A stretch of DNA of 64,000 nt. Source: Moniliella sp. 'wahieum' (Eukaryota). The stretch lies in contig RSEE01000043.1 of assembly GCA_003971905.1 (NCBI GenBank), positions 248,001 through 312,000 on the forward strand, in the 5' to 3' direction. The notes beneath the pieces are model-generated. The model ran no database searches. It was not told the origin of the DNA and saw only the letters and a list, made by a program, of their open reading frames with translations. Positions 61,945-64,000 of this stretch are shown one piece after another; the stretch's first letter is position 1, and each line of letters opens with the position of its first letter. Both the position numbers and the translations under genes were made by a program.

Positions 61945-64000
61945 TAAGATGGCGATGCAGCAGCTGACCGGGCCGGAGGCCCGGTGGTCCTCCTCGTAAC
62001 ACATAACCACCGTGCCGTTATTGTTAGCGTTGTACTCCCAACCCTGACCTCTGATACACGTGTAGAAAAATGGGGTTTTGTCTCTTGCTGTCTCTTGCGC
62101 CCGCCTGCACTGGAGGCGGCGGGGCGTCTGTGTGGCATCGCCTGTCCTGCTGTGTAGTCCAGAACGTACCAGGAGACGGCAACGTATATCAGTGACTAAT
62201 GAGGCCCTGCAGACACCCTTCTGTTCGACCAAAGTGGGTCTTCGCCTTACTTTTTTTGTTGCTGGGCCACATACGAGGCATTGCTTTTATACCTGTTACA
62301 ATGACACTACCATGTGATCGATCAAGATGAGATGTCACTTTGTTGTCGCTGTTGAAGCGGCGTTGTCATATCAACTGTTGGGCCTATAGAAAAGGACCGC
62401 AACAGAGTGGTAGAAAGCGTACTATAGGACAGCATAACGTGTATAAACTGCAGTGGACAGGAGATGAGCTCGTTCTACTTTTCTTGGCGGGCGCTGGTGC
62501 GTCCATTTCATATGGGGGTCTGCTACGTGAGGCCTGAGGTTGTTGCCTTCGTCAAACATACGGGTCCTCGATCCAAAGTCAATCTCGAGTGTTGTGGACC
62601 GCCTTTGTGCTGCATGTATGGACATCTATTTCTCGTCCCGTTTCAGATCCCTCTCATCTGTGGGATCATGTTTCTTCCGAAAGTTCCGACCCGTTCTGGT
62701 GGCGGCGCGTCATCGAACATCATATTTGATCTTTGCTTCCACCTGTGGGACACCGATGGAACTCGGAATCCGCCCCATCATCGTCTTGGGCATGAGTAAT
62801 CTCAACTGCTCGCTGGTGCCAACCTCCTCGAGGTTACCTTAATTAGGCCTGAAGGAGACCCATGGCCCTCGTTGGCGGTGACGCTCAGAAACGTTTTGTC
62901 ATTTTCTCATCTCGCTGGGTCAGGCTATAGGGTGGGTATTCTGTCGGCGCGACCTATGTTCTCCCCCCTTCCCTCGCAGCTCGACGGCAGGAGGTGACCA
63001 GGCTATTAGGCTTATTGCTCATCCTTTTCAGTTTGTCGTTGCTGGACTTATTGCGATTCTGTGTTGGTACGAGCTGGTGGCTAAGGGATACGGCATAAAA
63101 TCGGGAACCAACCTGCTTCTTGTCAGCAACATTAACGAGAAGATCGCCTGAGAAGCCCATTCAGTCCTATCAGACCCCACCACGGTCAACACCATTCTCT
63201 GAGAGGAGCTTCACAACCCGAGGCCGAGCTGATTAGTTTCGGACCATAATAATCAGAGACGTAGTGAGATGCGAGAAATGTGAGATATTTGAAAGGGGGG
63301 AGGGGGGCGGAGAGAGCAAAGGTAGGAGGGTCTTTCCACACCGATGGTGCTTTCGTATAGCTTGGGGTTTGCTTGTAAAGTGTAGTTATCGTACGGTTAA
63401 CCTCATGCTGTTTTGCATGGTGATGGCGGCTGCGAGTGGCACCGTTACGGGGATCGCTACGGGCTGGCTCGCCTAAACAACCCATCTAGTAGTCAGTTGC
63501 GCCTAAACGGAGCATGTTTCGTTCTTGGATCTGGAGACATCCATCCCAATCTGGGCGTCTCGTTTTCGTGTGAGGTTCCTCCCTGTTCCCTTTTACATTC
63601 TTTCTGAGGGCGAAGAACCCCTAACCCTCTCCCTATTATTACTTTGGCATTTTTCGTGTTTGGCTATTCCTCTGTTCCTATAGGAAACATTTCCCTACTT
63701 GATCTGTGCTTCGTTTGAGACCCATTCTCGCCTTTATTCCTTTCTGTTACTATACGTTAAATTGATTGTTGTTTCCTTCTTAACGTTCCTGTCTGTATGG
63801 CCTTTCTTCTATGTCTCCCCCTCGCGGGTCATTTTGTAACAACATCTCCTTCCGAATCCATCCTTGATCAGACTTACCAGACAACACCCGCGTTTATATT
63901 TCCTACAGCTCACCAGAAGTCCCACCGCCCAGCTCCAGGGACCATCTCATGGTCTTCCCGAATCCTGCACTCCAAGCATACTTTGCCGTCGATTTCATCT

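Noticed and set aside
62240..62800. Possible HNH-endonuclease or transposase remnant (VERAHLL)
   Set aside because: A single short motif with no supporting Cys/His/Asn pattern in frame

Overview
GC-rich eukaryotic genomic DNA from a fungus, most likely a basidiomycete. Evidence: short GT-AG introns with CTAAC/CTGAC-type branch points, intron-containing tRNA genes and fungal gene families. Almost every gene, including essential ones, is broken by single-base indels. This points to an unpolished long-read assembly rather than mass pseudogenisation, so gene ends are approximate. Genes in order: a fungal type-1 rhodopsin/opsin-related protein; a JSN1/Puf-type RRM+Pumilio protein; a DUF2985 membrane protein; COQ11-like SDR; tRNA-Pro(AGG); a ~6 kb Ala/Glu/Pro-rich repeat-protein gene; a USP deubiquitinase; malate dehydrogenase; a ~10 kb lower-GC island between two divergently oriented tRNA-Ser(AGA) genes; a UPF0658-like membrane protein; a Derlin; DBP9; and a CDC25-type RasGEF. 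The island contains Ty1/copia and Ty3/gypsy remnants and a truncated host gene. Most interesting: (1) the rhodopsin keeps the Schiff-base Lys but has an unusual D-S-A helix-C motif and an altered retinal pocket; (2) the tRNA-bracketed nested retroelement island; (3) an in-frame TAG at the conserved Gln of the MDH nucleotide-binding motif; (4) a Derlin tail with both VIM-like and SHP motifs; (5) intergenic clusters of short palindromic words. All calls come from manual reading; no database searches were run.
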